In this document: piece after piece, positions 37,531 to 50,376 of the stretch | How the letters are laid out: every line of letters starts with the position of its first letter | How positions within the stretch are numbered: position 1 is the first letter of the stretch | Assembly (NCBI GenBank): GCA_024137785.1 | Contig: JAHRHZ010000013.1 | Span: 16,558,251-16,622,250 of the forward strand | Source of the DNA: Ginglymostoma cirratum | Lineage: Eukaryota | Length of the DNA: 64,000 nucleotides | Direction of reading: 5' to 3' | Position numbers and translations under genes: made by a program | Notes under the pieces: generated by a model | What the model saw: only the letters and a program-made list of their open reading frames with translations | The model's database searches: none | Told to the model about the DNA's origin: nothing

Positions 37531-39159
37531 GAATTGTGGCTGAGGGTAATGGACCTGCTGAGGCACAGGGAGGGGAGCAGAAGAATGGCAGATTGCTCGG
37601 GTGTGGCAAAGGCGAGTCAGAGATGGGGGAGAGCACGTGGACCGAAGCCGGGGACCTGAATGAGTCGAGGAGGGAGGGTTGGGAGTCTGGGGGTGGTGCA
37701 GACAGTCAGCTAGGCAAGAAAATGAGGAGCATAAAGGGTTAGTGACGTCCACACACCTATCCATCTCAGATTGTGGGCAGGCACAAACTTTACTGGGCTG
37801 TGTGTTCACATCTGTCACAACCACATGAGGTGAGTCCTCAAAGTGGGCCATAAACTAAGACGTTGTGTAACGTCACTATTAACCCCCTTTGATTTTCAAG
37901 TGTTTCTATTCAAAAATAACAAGCAGCAGAGCTTTATGAGATACAAGGTAAGTGTATTGTTTGAATATCTACAGCAGTAGATTTGAATAAAAATGAGCTA
38001 AAATACAAAGACCAAAATTTGAACTAAGTTAGAATAAAGCTATGTGTGAAGATGAAACTGGGATTGAACTCCACTATCATTGCATGGTCTACTTGAATAT
38101 TCTCTTTCTGAAGGAAAGGTGTTGAAACTTGAAGTCAGGTTCAGCAGCTACGATGGCTTCTATAATCAAAGAGGTGGAATTTGCTCCCATACATAGGCTG
38201 AGTAGAACAGATCCTGGACGTGAATAAATCCTCCTTTGTTTCAGTATCACATGCTGCACGTTGTGGTTCTTGGTGGTCTGCTTCAAGCCAATAGTCCTGA
38301 ATGCTTTCCTGTGTCTCCCTGTCAAGAAGCAGTCATTTCTTCAAGACATTTCTCTCATGGACTCGGCACAAAATGATTGCTCACAGCTAGACCTTTATAC
38401 AGTTCAAAACTTAAAATATCTGCTTTCCCAAAACTGTCAAGTCATGCTTCCATCATAGCTATTGGGCTTAGCCTCAATCAGGGACTCTCAGTCATCACTG
38501 TCTTTTACACGAGGCAATTATCTTTGTAACTTCAGCCAATGGTTTGGATGGCTCTCCTTCCATCAGGTTTTGGTGGAATTGGAAGGGCCATTCACACCTC
38601 TGTCAAGCAATTTCTGGTTACCCTTGGTAACCATTCACTGAGTTTCAAAAGGTCTCTTGTGATTTCTCTTGAGGCAAGTAGTGTCTGGTGCCAAACCAGC
38701 TGAACAAACAAGGGGTGGTCATTTGGCTTCTGTGTGATTCTTGCACCCAGTGTACAGACAATTTAACTTTCTCTATAAAATACATTATATTGTAACTGTA
38801 CATTTGTTGCATTTGCAATGTTTCAATTATCCCCTCTGAGCGTGATGTCGGAAAATCTCCTCAATAATATTTAGATGAGTGAGGGGATCAGATACAAGAC
38901 TATTGCTATCTCAAATTGGTGAGTACAACATTGAATTCTAACATGAATATTCAATAAAGTGAGAACGCACAAACACATTTTGTTCTTCTATAGTAATGTC
39001 CCTAAATCCACTAATAACAAACAATACATGCCAACCATGAGATAAGTGAATACATTGAGTTCTCTAATTAAGCCAGTCGCCACAAATGACAATGACACAT
39101 TCGTAAATAAAGTGAAACAAACAGAAGAGTGCAATACATATGCATAGAAATATATATAA

Positions 39160-40052
39160 ATGTAGATGAGTGGGTTAGTAAGTTTGCAGATGATACAAAG
39201 ATCGGTGGAGTTGTGGATTGTGTAGAAGGTTGTCAAAAGATACAGCAGGACATAGATCAGTTGCAGATATGGGCGGAGTGTGAGGTGCTGAAAGATGAAA
39301 TGTTAAGGAAAAGTATACAAATAATGGCAGGACGCCGAACAGCACTGATGTACACAGAGATCTTGGGGTTCAAGTCCATAGCTCCATGAAAGTGATCACG
39401 CAAGTAGATAGGGTGGTATAGAAGGAGTTTGGCATGCTTGCCTTTATTGGTCGGGGAATTGAGTACAATGGTCAGGATGTCATGTTGCAGCTTTATAAGA
39501 CTTTGATTAGGCCACTTTTAGAGTTTTGTGTTCAGTTCTGGTCGCCACATTACAGAAAGAATGTGGAGGCTTTAGAGAGGGTGCTGAAGAGGTTTACCAG
39601 GATGCTGCCCGGATTAGAGGATATGAGCTATAAGGAGAGGCTAGAAAAACTTGGGTTGTTTTCTCTGGAGTGGCGGAGGCTGAGGGGAAATTTGACAGAT
39701 GTCTGTAAAATTATGAGATGCATAGATAGGGTTGACGGTCAGAATCTTTTACCTAGAGTTGAAATGTCTAAAACTAGGGGTCATGCATTTAAGGTGAGAG
39801 GGAGAAAGTTGAAAGGAAATGTGAGGGGCACGTTTTTTACACAGAGTGTGGTAGGAGTCCCGAATGTGCTGCCGTGGAGGTGGGGGAGGCAGATACAACA
39901 GGGGCTTTTAGATAAGCACATGAATATGCAAGGAATGGAGGGATATGGACAAAGGGCAAGCAGAATGGATTAGTTTAACTTGTCGTCATGTTTGGTATAA
40001 CATCGTGGGCCGAAGGGCCTGTTCCTGTGCTGTACAATTCTATATTCTATAT
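39160..40052 (+). mobile_element. CR1 (HER1-like) LINE fragment: RT core to 3' end
   Basis: SKFADDTKIGGVVD motif and ORF 39434-39973 (MLAFIGRGIEY...LEFCVQFWSPHY...TRGHAFKVRG), then tail gggccgaagggcctgtt. Confidence 0.95.
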
Positions 40053-41229
40053 ACAAGTATAGAACAAGCCTACAAGTTAGGAGTAGAATGTAACAAATAG
40101 GTGTTAAATGCAAATTTGAAAGGAATTCAAACCAGAAAAAACATTCATGCCACTTCTGTGCTCTCTACAAGTCTTATGTGAATGGCGATGGAAATTAGCA
40201 GCAAAGTTGTGGCCGTTCGACCAGAAAGCTCTTTTCTAGCCCCTTTGTACCTCCTGTCTTGACAGCTGTCTAGCACATTTTGCCACTGAAAAGCTTCGAG
40301 TACCATATGATCACTTGTGTCTCCCATGCATGCTGCCAGCACTTCAAATTTTAATTGGAATCATGGGAACTAGCAAGAAGTAACAGACAGCAATGGCGTC
40401 CAAATCCTGTCCTATCTCTTAGAAGGGAAAGGTTTGCAGCTTTTTGCTAAAATAAATCCCAAACCATTCAACTCCTCTTCCATTTCATTAATTTATTTAA
40501 ATAAACTGCTATCACAGAAACACAGGAAAAAATAGGGCGCGTCACATTCAGATCTAGCTGTAAGCCAGAATTGTTTAGTGAAAAAACATTGATTGTGGCA
40601 TGTGTTGCCCCTGAACATTCCAGTAATGTCTTAATAGAACAGGCAGTCAATACTAACAAGCCTTCAATTTTCTTTATAAAATTAAAATCACTTTCAATGG
40701 TCCTTACAATTTGATTGAACTTTTCTCCTGAAAGATACAACTACAAGTGGGTTTCAGATGCCTTTCCAATCTTTTTGTTTCACTCACTGCTGATGGTTTC
40801 AGAATGGCATGAGGAGTACCTGGCAGCGTGCCATATTCTCTCCAGTTGGCAGGGAATTGGTAGGCAGTAAGGAGGTTCCAGAAAGAGAAAACGAGCAAAA
40901 ATAACTTCCCACCCCCAAAACAAGGCTTTCGGTTCATTGATGCAATAAGATTGAGTTCCATTTGCTTGTTTATTGCTGGTTAAGGAGGAAATTCTAGAGT
41001 TCACCACCTAGGAAGCTAAAAGCACAGTTACCAATGAAGGAGTTATTTAAGGAAAGTAAGCTTGCAAGGCCAGAATTGGAGCAACGCAGAGGTCTCAAAG
41101 GAATGGTGGCAGCAGGCTCTATCTCACTGCAGATGGCTTTCCATTTCTTCACTGATGCTACTTATCAGACTGGTTAGTCAACATCCAATGTTATTCAAGT
41201 AGATATTTCCTCACATTCAATATTTGCAC

Positions 41230-42050
41230 CACTGAAACCAATATCTTTAGTCTCTGATGCAAATCCAGTCTCGAGCTACTGACCCAATTCCTCCGACTGG
41301 CCTCTGTCTGAAACTAAACTAGTCTGTGCACAACTTGGTGTCATGTCTGACCCAAAGATCAGGTTCTAGGCAACAAATCTGCCCCACCTCTGAGACCTCC
41401 TATTTCCAAATTCACAGAACTGTGTGACTTCAGTCCTGCCTCAGTTCAAATACTGCTGAAATCCCCATTCATGTCTTTAGCACCAAAAGACTTGACCAGT
41501 CCAACATACACCTAACTGACCTTCCACAGTCTACTCTCATAAAGTTGAGGTCATTGAAAACACTACTGCCTACGTCCTAACTGGTACCAAACCTATCATA
41601 GAAACATAGGAAAAAGTAGGATCAGGATAAGACCATCCAGCTCTTTGAGCCTCTTCTGCCATCCAAAATGATCATGGCTGATCATCCAACTCCTGTTCCC
41701 GCTTTCACTTCATATCCTTTAATCATTTAGCCTGAAGAACTGTATCTAATTCATTCTTGAAAACATTCAATGTTTTGGCATCAACTGCTTTCTGTAGCAG
41801 AGAATTCCACAAGCTCACCAGTCTTTGGGTGAAGAAATGTCTCCTCATCTTGGTCCTAAATGGCCGACACCATACTCTTAGATTGTGACCCCTGGTTGTG
41901 GACTCCCCAGGCATCAGGAACATCCTTCCTGCATTGACCCTGTCTTATGCTGGTAGATCACTCCTCTTATTGCTGACCTAAACTGGCTCCCAACCGACAA
42001 AGTGTTCGTTTCAAAATACCTCCAAATCTTCACAACCCACCTGGCTCACC
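41230..42050 (+). mobile_element. L2 LINE fragment interrupted by an antisense CR1 tail
   Basis: caacttggtgtcat..tgaccc (NLGV..D), gctgaaatccccattcatg (AE.LIHA-like). Resumes after the insert with ctgacctaaactggctccc (L.WLP). Confidence 0.7.
41597..41955 (-). mobile_element. CR1 3' fragment
   Basis: ORF 41723-41923: GESTTRGHNLRV...RHFFTQRLVSLWNSL. Confidence 0.88.
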
Positions 42051-42099
42051 CTCAGATTGATGGCAAGGGGAGGTGGGGTTGATGGCCTCATTTGTGTTG

Positions 42100-42620
42100 A
42101 GGTCCAAAGATATTGGCTTTGCTATTCTTGGAAGTTGTTTGGAAGAAATGTCTGTTCATCCAAAACTGAAACTCAGTCAAGCAATCTGGCAATTTAGAGA
42201 TGATGTGGATAATCAAGAGAGGTGGCTATGAGAAAGAGCTGAGTGTCGTTAACATAAATGTAAAAGCTAGCGTTATGTTTTCAGATGAAATTTTGAGGAG
42301 CAGCTTGAAAATGGGAAATATAGGGGAGCCAAGGTAAGGTCCTTGGGGGTTCCAGAGGAAATGATGTGGGCTCAAAGCAAAAGCAATTGCTGGTGATTCT
42401 ATAGCTACAGTTTAACATATAATAATGGAACAAGGTGCAGTCCCATCCAGCTGGATGCCAGGCGAGGCACATTTGAGGAGCATGGTGTGGCCATCAATGT
42501 GAAAGGCTGCCGAGAGGTCAAGTTGTAGTGTGAAAGGAGCAGAAACCTAATGAAGGGATTCAAACATGGAGAACAGAGAGAGACAGGAGCTGACATTGCT
42601 TTGAAGAATTTTGGAACCAA
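42100..42620 (-). mobile_element. L2 LINE RT fragment
   Basis: Minus strand has SG.PQG..LGS-like and FYIYVNDTQL (YADDTQL-like) motifs. Confidence 0.7.
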
Positions 42621-42841
42621 TGGACAACAAGGTGAGCTACTGAAGGAAAGAGACTGAACACCTTCAGACAGTGAGGGCAAGAGAAGAAATTAGTCTGAAA
42701 AGAAGAGATTGCATTAAATGCTGTTTAAGTTCCGGTAAAATATTCAAGGATAATTATGAGTTCAATGAATGCACGCATTTGACCGCTAAATGGATCATAA
42801 ATGATTTAACCTTTCCTGCAAACATGTTTCCACTCAGTGAA

Positions 42842-43022
42842 ATAACAAGGAGTAGAGCTGGATGAACACAGCAGGCCAAGCAGCATCAGAGGAGCAGGAG
42901 AAGAAGGGTCTAGGCCCGAAACGTCAGCCTTCCTGCTCCTCTGATGCTGCTTGGCCTGCTGTGTTCATCCAGCTCTACACCTTGTTATCTCAGATTTTCC
43001 AGCATCTGCAGTTCCTACTATC
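42842..43022. mobile_element. Palindromic Penelope-like mini-element with 13-bp TSD
   Basis: Near-perfect ~58-bp inverted arms (42842-42899 and 42931-42988), loop gaagaagggtctaggcccgaaacgtc, ~34-nt tail. tccactcagtgaa at 42829-42841 and 43023-43035. Confidence 0.9.
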
Positions 43023-43634
43023 TCCACTCAGTGAAGGCAACTTTACACTGCCCTCTCTAAATGCTGAACCAAGAGAATTTAGACACATATGGCTAATTAC
43101 AGCATATGTTCATGAAATATCATGGTGTTGTCTATTCAATGAAGATGACTGTCTCTGATCAAAGCCTGTTGTTTGAACATTTAAATGTACAATATGAAGT
43201 AAAAGCCTGCTGATATACTATGGGCTCTGATGGCCTCCAGTAGGACTGGCTCCACACCAGATTGTTAGTGATCTCTTCCAGCATATCAAAAAGGTATCAG
43301 CAACAAGTGCTAAATGAAATTGTAGGGGCCGTAACGTAACCCTGGAAGGATTATTCTGTCTACAATCCACCGGTAGATCTCAAGAGGTGCTGCATTGTCT
43401 ATTTGCACCAAAAGGAACATTAATATTATTCTGTCATGAAGCGTGTTAATTGGTTATTGTTCTGAACAGACAAATTAGGATCAGGAGTAGGTCATTCAGC
43501 CTCTTGGGCCGGATCTGCCTTTTGTCAAGATAAAGGCTCTTTTATAGAAGTTTTCAAACTGGGTACCATATAAAAGAATAAAGAATTATGGGCAGAAATA
43601 TGGGCCTGAGTGACATAGGCTACGATAAGATTTA

Positions 43635-45331
43635 TGGCAGAATCGGATGAGAAAACCATTGGGGCCCATCTCAATGTTGGGAGAAACTTGCTTCATTGTT
43701 TACGTTTTTTACAAGCAGTAAGGCAAGTTTCTTGCTAGGCGGTGATAAGTTGCCAGTTAATGGCACTACTGCTTATTCTCATCTCATCAATATTCAGTTT
43801 CCAATCTTATCAAATTTTTCAATCAAGCTTGACAACAAGAAAGTTGATATAAAAACAGAGTAGGTCGAATGAAGCTCACCATGTTTTCCAAATGACCTCC
43901 ACATTGCATACGATCTAACAACTCTCAGGATACAATTCAGGCAAGAGCCGCACACATGCCATGTTCACAGGCTTTGGGCATCCAACATGTGCTCACATGA
44001 CACCTCACCAATTCACATGCAAAGCCCTCTGGAAGCACAGATGTGCACCGTATAGCGCACTGGCAGCTAGCATTGGAAGGCTGCAACCTGGTGGCTCTAT
44101 ACACAACGATAAGTCAGTCCATATTGGACCAGGCTGCAACTCAGAGCTGCTGGCTTGATCTCTTAGCACGCACCTGCATACTCATAGCATCCATCCTTCA
44201 CCTTGCCATGCCAATTAGCATGGTCACACAAACAGGAGGCACAGCTTTCTGGTCACCAATCCTAAGTCAAGGGGGCATAAACCTTGCTGTACAGTAGTGT
44301 GTTACATCAGTCTCCCACCAGCTCCATGTGCCAGCAGCTTAGCAGCACACACACTGCATGTGCAGCAAGTAAGCGATGATGTCTCAAAATTCACCAAAGT
44401 CCATAGAGAGACCTTGGAGAGACTTGGTGTCCTAGTCAGGGCAGCCTCCAATACCAGCACAGGGTATTGGCCACCCTCTTATGTCCAGTAAGCAGGATCC
44501 CAGTCAGAGTGGTTAGTGTGATGTACCTCCATCAGTCAGGGGTCCAGACACCTCTCATGCATGGCTGGCCAGTTAAGTTGCCCAAGGGACTGGGCCACAG
44601 TTTATTTGGTTCGTCCATAAGAACTAAAGGAAAGGGTGGGGGAGTGGGTACCAGAGGCTATAGTACTGCAGGAAGGAGAATCAGCAGATTATTCTTCAGG
44701 ACTGCAGGCTGGAGAGAAGAGGGAATGGCAATTGTGAAAGGGGGTTGGGGGCGACAGTATCTGCAAGGTGGGCAGGGGTAAATCATGGATGTGAAGGCGT
44801 CCTATCGGAGGGGGAGTTTACCCACAGTCAGGAGTACCCTGCCTTCAAGGGGGGAGCAGTGTATGACCACAATTGGTACAATTACCTCATGAGCCAGAAA
44901 CTGGTGGCAGGGCCTCCCCTCTGGGGAAAGGACTCCATTCTTTTACACCATCCTCTCAATAAGGATTCTGTCAGAGAATCACAGGGCCATCTTCCTCTTC
45001 TCCAGCATCTTCTAAAAATATCCTTGACTGAGCACGGCAGCTTTGGAATGCCAGTGCTTGTCCCGGTGCACAGTGACCTTTTAAAAATGGCATGTTGCAA
45101 GGGACGCTGGTCTTTCAGTGGATATTCACTGAGCAGTGATTTGTCCTGGGAACAGGTTGTACTAAGATGGGCCAGATTCAGACATGGGATAACATAGGGC
45201 TGGGGTGGGGAGTTAATGAAGGGGTTTTGGTAAGATATGACAAGAAAACATGCTAGGCCTAACCCTTACACTAACCCTCCAAAACACTTCACACAATTCA
45301 GGCTTAACCAAGAAAAAGTAAGATTCAGCCC
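43635..45331 (-). mobile_element. Probable non-autonomous Harbinger-type DNA transposon with a decayed Myb-like ORF
   Basis: Ends ggcagaatc ... gattcagccc are TIR-like. Minus strand near 44990 reads MAL*FSDR, an APRFSD-like start. Confidence 0.45.
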
Positions 45332-45460
45332 AACGTTTTTGTTTCTTTGATGCAGGCTAACAATATGAAAATAGCATCAAATACTTTCTTTGTTTTCTGA
45401 GTGAGCAGAATTATGTGCAGATCCCATTCACATTGCTGTTTGTAAGCTTTGTGATGCATC

Positions 45461-45775
45461 TATAGAATCCCCACATTGCAGAAGCTGGCCATTCAACCCA
45501 TCAAGACCACACTGACCCTGCATTCCACCCACCCTATCCCTCTAACCCTGCATTTCCTATGGCTAATCTACCTAGCCTCATATCCCTGAACACTACAGGC
45601 AATTTAGCATAGCCAAGCCACCTAACCTGCATATTTTTGGATTGTGGGAGGAAACTCATACAGATACAGGGAGATTGGGTGACTCCTTGCAAGCAGTCAC
45701 CCCAGGGTGGAATTGAACCCCAGGTCCCTGGCACTGTGAAGCAGCAATGTTAACCACTGAGCTGCTGTGCCACCC
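45461..45775 (-). mobile_element. HE1-like SINE
   Basis: tatagaatcccc...ggaattgaacccaggtccctggcactgtgaagcagcaatgttaaccactgagc. Confidence 0.9.
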
Positions 45776-47064
45776 ATACAATGAAGAAAAAATTTTAAAA
45801 ACTTGTTCTAAATTTATAGACTGATAGATAAATTTGAGATTTATAAATTCAATGGAGTTTTAATTGAAACATCTCCTTAATATGTCTACAAACATACAGT
45901 TTCATTCACTATTTATTTGCCAACAGTGAACTTTGTACTGTTAAAGTGAGATCGGCTTGATAGATCAGATGAGGACTGGTTAGCTATGGTCTTTATTTCC
46001 TCACCATGTCTTCTGTAAAAGCTTTTCAAACTCAACTTTCCATGAAAGTTAAGAAAATGTTGTTGAGCCTGTGAGAGTTGACAGAACAGCTGCTCTTCTG
46101 TCAGGCATCCAAGGGGTTGGGCATTTCCCTGCAAAGTTACACATTTGAAATATTTAAGAGTGGAGTTCAGGACTGAAAACTGTAATCTACAAAGATTTTA
46201 ATCAAAGCAGTAAGTCATAAATAAGGTAGAGTTGGTTGCTCTCTCATATGAAAGATCAGAAGACAAAGTTCTACTCACAGTTGCTTATGCCCGTAACACA
46301 AAAGAGAAATTGATTCAGATTCTACTCTATGCTGATAATATATGGTAACCAATCAGTTCTAGAAAAGCACTTCTGAATCCATTATTTGTCTGAACATTTT
46401 ACCGGGCAGAATAGGATGTGTGAAATTCAATCAGAAATGAACAATCTTAAGGAATGATCAAATATCTTTTGAATATACTACGGCGGAGGTTCAGCAAGGA
46501 ATTGGTGATTATGGTAGGATTCTATTGAAACAGGCCTCAGGAATCAGATACAGAATTACAGGACCGACTGAAATATTAATGGACTGAAGCGTACCCCAAC
46601 ATAAACAACGGAGCATAAAGCCAGAACGCAACTCAAAGCTGGATTATTGATAAAGTGAAATTTTCAAGTACTGCAATTACTCAACCAATGCATTCCTCAG
46701 CTAACCTAAGTTCAGTGTAAACAATTCTACTGGGGGAGAAACATTCCAGTTATAAATTTTACTGAAACAAAACAACACTGCACCTTTGAGAACACTGACG
46801 AACAACTGATCCCAGACCACATTCATTTGAACATTCCTGCCAATTACAGTGATAAAAGTTTCAAACATTCAGTAATGAATATCATATTATTATATGATAG
46901 TGAATGCAAAATTAATCTATCTCCATTTATCACAGTTGTCAGGAGGTTACTATAGAGTAGCTGCCACTCGCAAGCTCAGTGCTTCAGATGTGCCATTATA
47001 ATTGAGATAACATGTTACTTAAGATGTTTTGGTTATTATTAATGTTTTTTCAGCACAATTGTGA

Positions 47065-47247
47065 TACAGCAACATCTGTACCCAGCAGGAAAAAACAAGA
47101 ATTCCGAAATACAGTCTTTCAGCTGTGCAATGAACTTCTCCCCAAGCTCTTGATACCTAACTGATTATGGAAACTCAAATGTCAACTCAAGCATAATGTT
47201 GTTCTGACTGTTTTAAATAAGTAACGTTGAGGGAAGGGAATAACACA
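47065..47247 (+). repeat. Diverged ~185-bp dispersed repeat, copy 1
   Basis: Aligns by eye to 50655-50848 (cccagca.gaaaaaa.aagaa.tcc.aaataca.tctttcagctgtgc...cttctccccaag...attatggaaac...tgttgttctg). Confidence 0.85.
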
Positions 47248-47554
47248 GCCTCTAACCAAACTCATGGAAGCTAGATTATTCCCGGAAAGTACCTTAAATC
47301 TATTTTTGATGTAAAGTTGGTTTCTGACTTTTGCATAACATTAATTGTATTTTGCTGTTTTGGTCATGTTTCTGCAGAATAAAATTAAAAATGAGAGTAA
47401 TCTCTTTTCTATGTAAAAACAAATGATAACTGTGTTTAAAAACAAATTCTATGGCATAATGGACTGAATATTCCCAGTCCATTTGAGACAGACATATAGA
47501 TAGCACTGGGAGAGTTTCATGAAAATTTGTCTACTGCCAGTGGGTTAGCACCCA

Positions 47555-47820
47555 GCAGATACTGGAGGTTTGAAATTAAAACAGAAAGCACTGAAGAAAC
47601 TCATCAAGTCTGGGACTATTTGTGAAGAGGAAGGATAACCTTTCATCAGCATTTAGAGAAAGTTAGGAATGAAATAGATTTTGAGCAAGGAATGGGTGGA
47701 ACAGAGACAAAAGGAAGGTCTGTGATAGGGTGGAAAGCAGGAGAGATTGAATGACAAAACAGTTTGTCTCGCAAAGCTGAAACGGAATGTGTTGAGGCAG
47801 AAAAGAAACAAAGAAATTAT
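47555..47820 (-). mobile_element. Decayed Penelope-like 3' region
   Basis: aaaacagaaagcactgaagaaactca.caagtctgg arm followed by cctttcatcag and a purine-rich stretch. Confidence 0.55.
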
Positions 47821-48547
47821 AAACGGTCCACTTTCGCATCTGATCGGATTCAAAGCCAGGAAATCCCTGACAGCTGAAAGACCACTCGGCCATGCCCACT
47901 GTCAGGTAAAACTAGCAGATGCCAGGTGGTGATTGGCCTGGGGATGGGCCTTATCAGCCCTCCATTAGTACACCTTACACTGAAGCAGCTGGCCATCTTG
48001 TGAAGGAGGTTCCCCTCCCAGCTGTGGCCAGGTATTTCTTTCAATTTTTCTGTTCAGAGGATGCCTCACGATGGAAGCACTCCCACTTTCCTCCTTCTAC
48101 AGTGGTAGCACCAACTCTGCTGCTGGGCTATTGTCCATACAAGGCACCCGGCTCTCCGAGTGGGCCTGCAGTCTCAGGAAACAGTTCAGCATTCCCAGAG
48201 GTGGACTCTTAATTGGCCAATCTGGGAAGATCTCCTAACCTGGGATCACGCAGTCAGAGCAAGGCTGAGACCTGAAAATGATCCCGACCCATGATCATAG
48301 CTGAATGGCGAAAGAATCTACCAATGCTCCTGCATAAGATGCATTGTTACAGTTGTTAGCAACTTGGATGATTAGAAATTAGATTAACAATTGGATAACT
48401 TGATAGTTACATTAAATCGTCAGTTACCCAATGTATCACTAACTTTGTTTCACTGACATGATGGACAGGATCTTTTGCATGCTTCAACATAAAACATAGA
48501 CTCTGAGCCTGCACATTCCAGGAGCAAGATCAGCATTAATTTTCTCA

Positions 48548-48998
48548 GGGGGTTGATTAGTTGAGTTAGCTGGATGGTTGGTTTACAACGCAGAGTAATG
48601 CCAACAGCTACAGGTTAAATTCCCGCCCTGGCTAAGGTGCTGATGAAGGTGTCACCTTCTCAACCTCTCCCCTCTCCTGATCTGTGGTGATGCTCAGGTT
48701 AAACCACCACCAGTTGTCTCTCTCTAATGAGAAAGCAGCTCTGAAGTTTGCTAGGACTATGGCATCTTTACATTGGGGGTGGGTTAGTTGGTTGGACAGT
48801 TAGCTTGTGTTGCAGAATGATGCCAGCAGCACAAGTTCAATTCCTGCACCAGTAGAGGTCACCATGAAGGACTGTACTTCTCAACCACACCCTCCACCTA
48901 ACCACCGACATTCGACCCCCAACCCCCTGCCAACTTTCATCTCTCTCGAATCAGAGAGCAACACTGTGGTCTGGAAAGACTACAGCAACTTTACCATT
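48548..48998 (+). mobile_element. Head-to-tail pair of tRNA-derived SINE family C
   Basis: Two related units (48548-48773 and 48774-48998), each with tgcca.cagc..ggtt.aattcc and ending gactatggc/gactacagc..ctttac. Confidence 0.8.
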
Positions 48999-49189
48999 TT
49001 CCCAGAGATGGTGCCCTATTTGGCTACCTCTAACTCACTGTGTTTTTAAGGTCGCTCCTGAAACTGCTGGCCCACTCACAGCACATATCAAACCACTGCA
49101 GCCCCATGGTGAGAGAAGTGCGTTGCCGACCCACTAGAGCACCTAACATATCTCACATCTCCATCTCTCCTTTACTGCCATGATCACTG

Positions 49190-49337
49190 ACTTTGTCTTT
49201 TGTTCTGGGCACCTTCACTAACTGTTCCACTTGCTCCTCCTCCCCTTTTGATTCAAGTATAAAATCCCATCATTTTCTATATCCTTTCAGTTTGAAGAAG
49301 ACATACTGAGCTTGAAACATTAACTCTGTTTCTCTGA
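49190..49337 (+). mobile_element. Decayed Penelope-like 3' end
   Basis: Pyrimidine-rich stretch, tataaaa, then ttgaagaagacatactgagcttgaaacattaactctgtttctct (decayed hammerhead region). Confidence 0.55.
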
Positions 49338-49684
49338 GTATACAAAAAAAAAATCAATGGTGAGTTAATGGTAGATACCATTATTATTATTTTCCACTTC
49401 TTATATTTGTTTAATAAATCAACCATTGTAATCAACTACAGATTATCACTTAATAATGGCAAAGTTACCATTTCATAATTATACAATTCTTTACTCTAGA
49501 GGATACGCACCAGTTACACAAAGCTGCATTGACCACTCACACCAACAATGATAACCACTATTGTTAAAAACAGAACATGCTAACCATTCAATTAAAGCGC
49601 TCTCATAAAGGGTGTACATTAGTCTTTACTATAAAACCGATCGATGGAAGTTATTGACTCTCTGTTTTATACAGAATGTGAAGA

Positions 49685-50155
49685 CTTTAAGGAAGATGTA
49701 GGTAAGATTTACAAGAATGGTGCCGAGAATGAGGGACTTCAGTTATATGGGCAGACTGGAGAAACATGTTTCTCATCTCCTTTGGGATGAGAAGGTTGAG
49801 AGGAGATCTGACATTTAGACAAGCAGACAGAAAGAAACTCTTACCATTGGATGAAATGTCAAAACCCGAGGATACCGATTTATGGTGACTGACAAAAGAA
49901 CCAATGACAATATGGAAAAAACATTTTGCGCAGTGAGAGACTCAGATCTATAGGGCACTGCTTAACAATATGGGGGTGGAAGACTCAATCATAGCTTTCA
50001 AAAGGAAATGGAAGGATCTAACTGAGGAGAGAACATTTGTTGGGCTTTAGGGAAAGGATAAGGTAGTGAGACAAGCTGAGTTGCTCATGCACAGAGTTAA
50101 TACAAACACAATGGGCTGAATGACCTCTTTTCGTGCTGTGACAATCCAATGATTC
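49685..50155 (+). mobile_element. CR1 3' fragment
   Basis: RFTRMVP.MRDFSY.GRLEK...RLRGDL, tail atgggctgaatgacctc. Confidence 0.85.
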
Positions 50156-50376
50156 AGGTGATAGTCGTAAGCTTTTCATTTTTATTTTACTCTTGCACCA
50201 TAGGGTGCCATTTGACTGGAAGGACAGCTACCTTTTAATTCTATAATTCTAATTCTTACATCTGATGGTGACGTGGATGCTGCACTAACATACTGCTTCA
50301 CCAAATTCTACAACAGATTCATAAATGTGTGTATATGTAAAATCCTATTAGGCCGGAAGATCTTACAATATAAGCT

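Noticed and set aside
37866-38896. Possible solo LTR (TG...CA), with an exon-like AAG|gtaagt at 37947
   Set aside because: No clear TSD, no partner LTR, and no neighbouring plus-strand exons. Cannot be supported by eye.
39434-39973. Longest ORF (179 aa) as a host gene
   Set aside because: It is the CR1 ORF2 C-terminus in a truncated, frameshifted LINE copy.
41230-42620. Opposed L2 fragments as a twin-priming inversion
   Set aside because: The order of the pieces is wrong for twin priming and they overlap in consensus position, so two independent copies are more likely.
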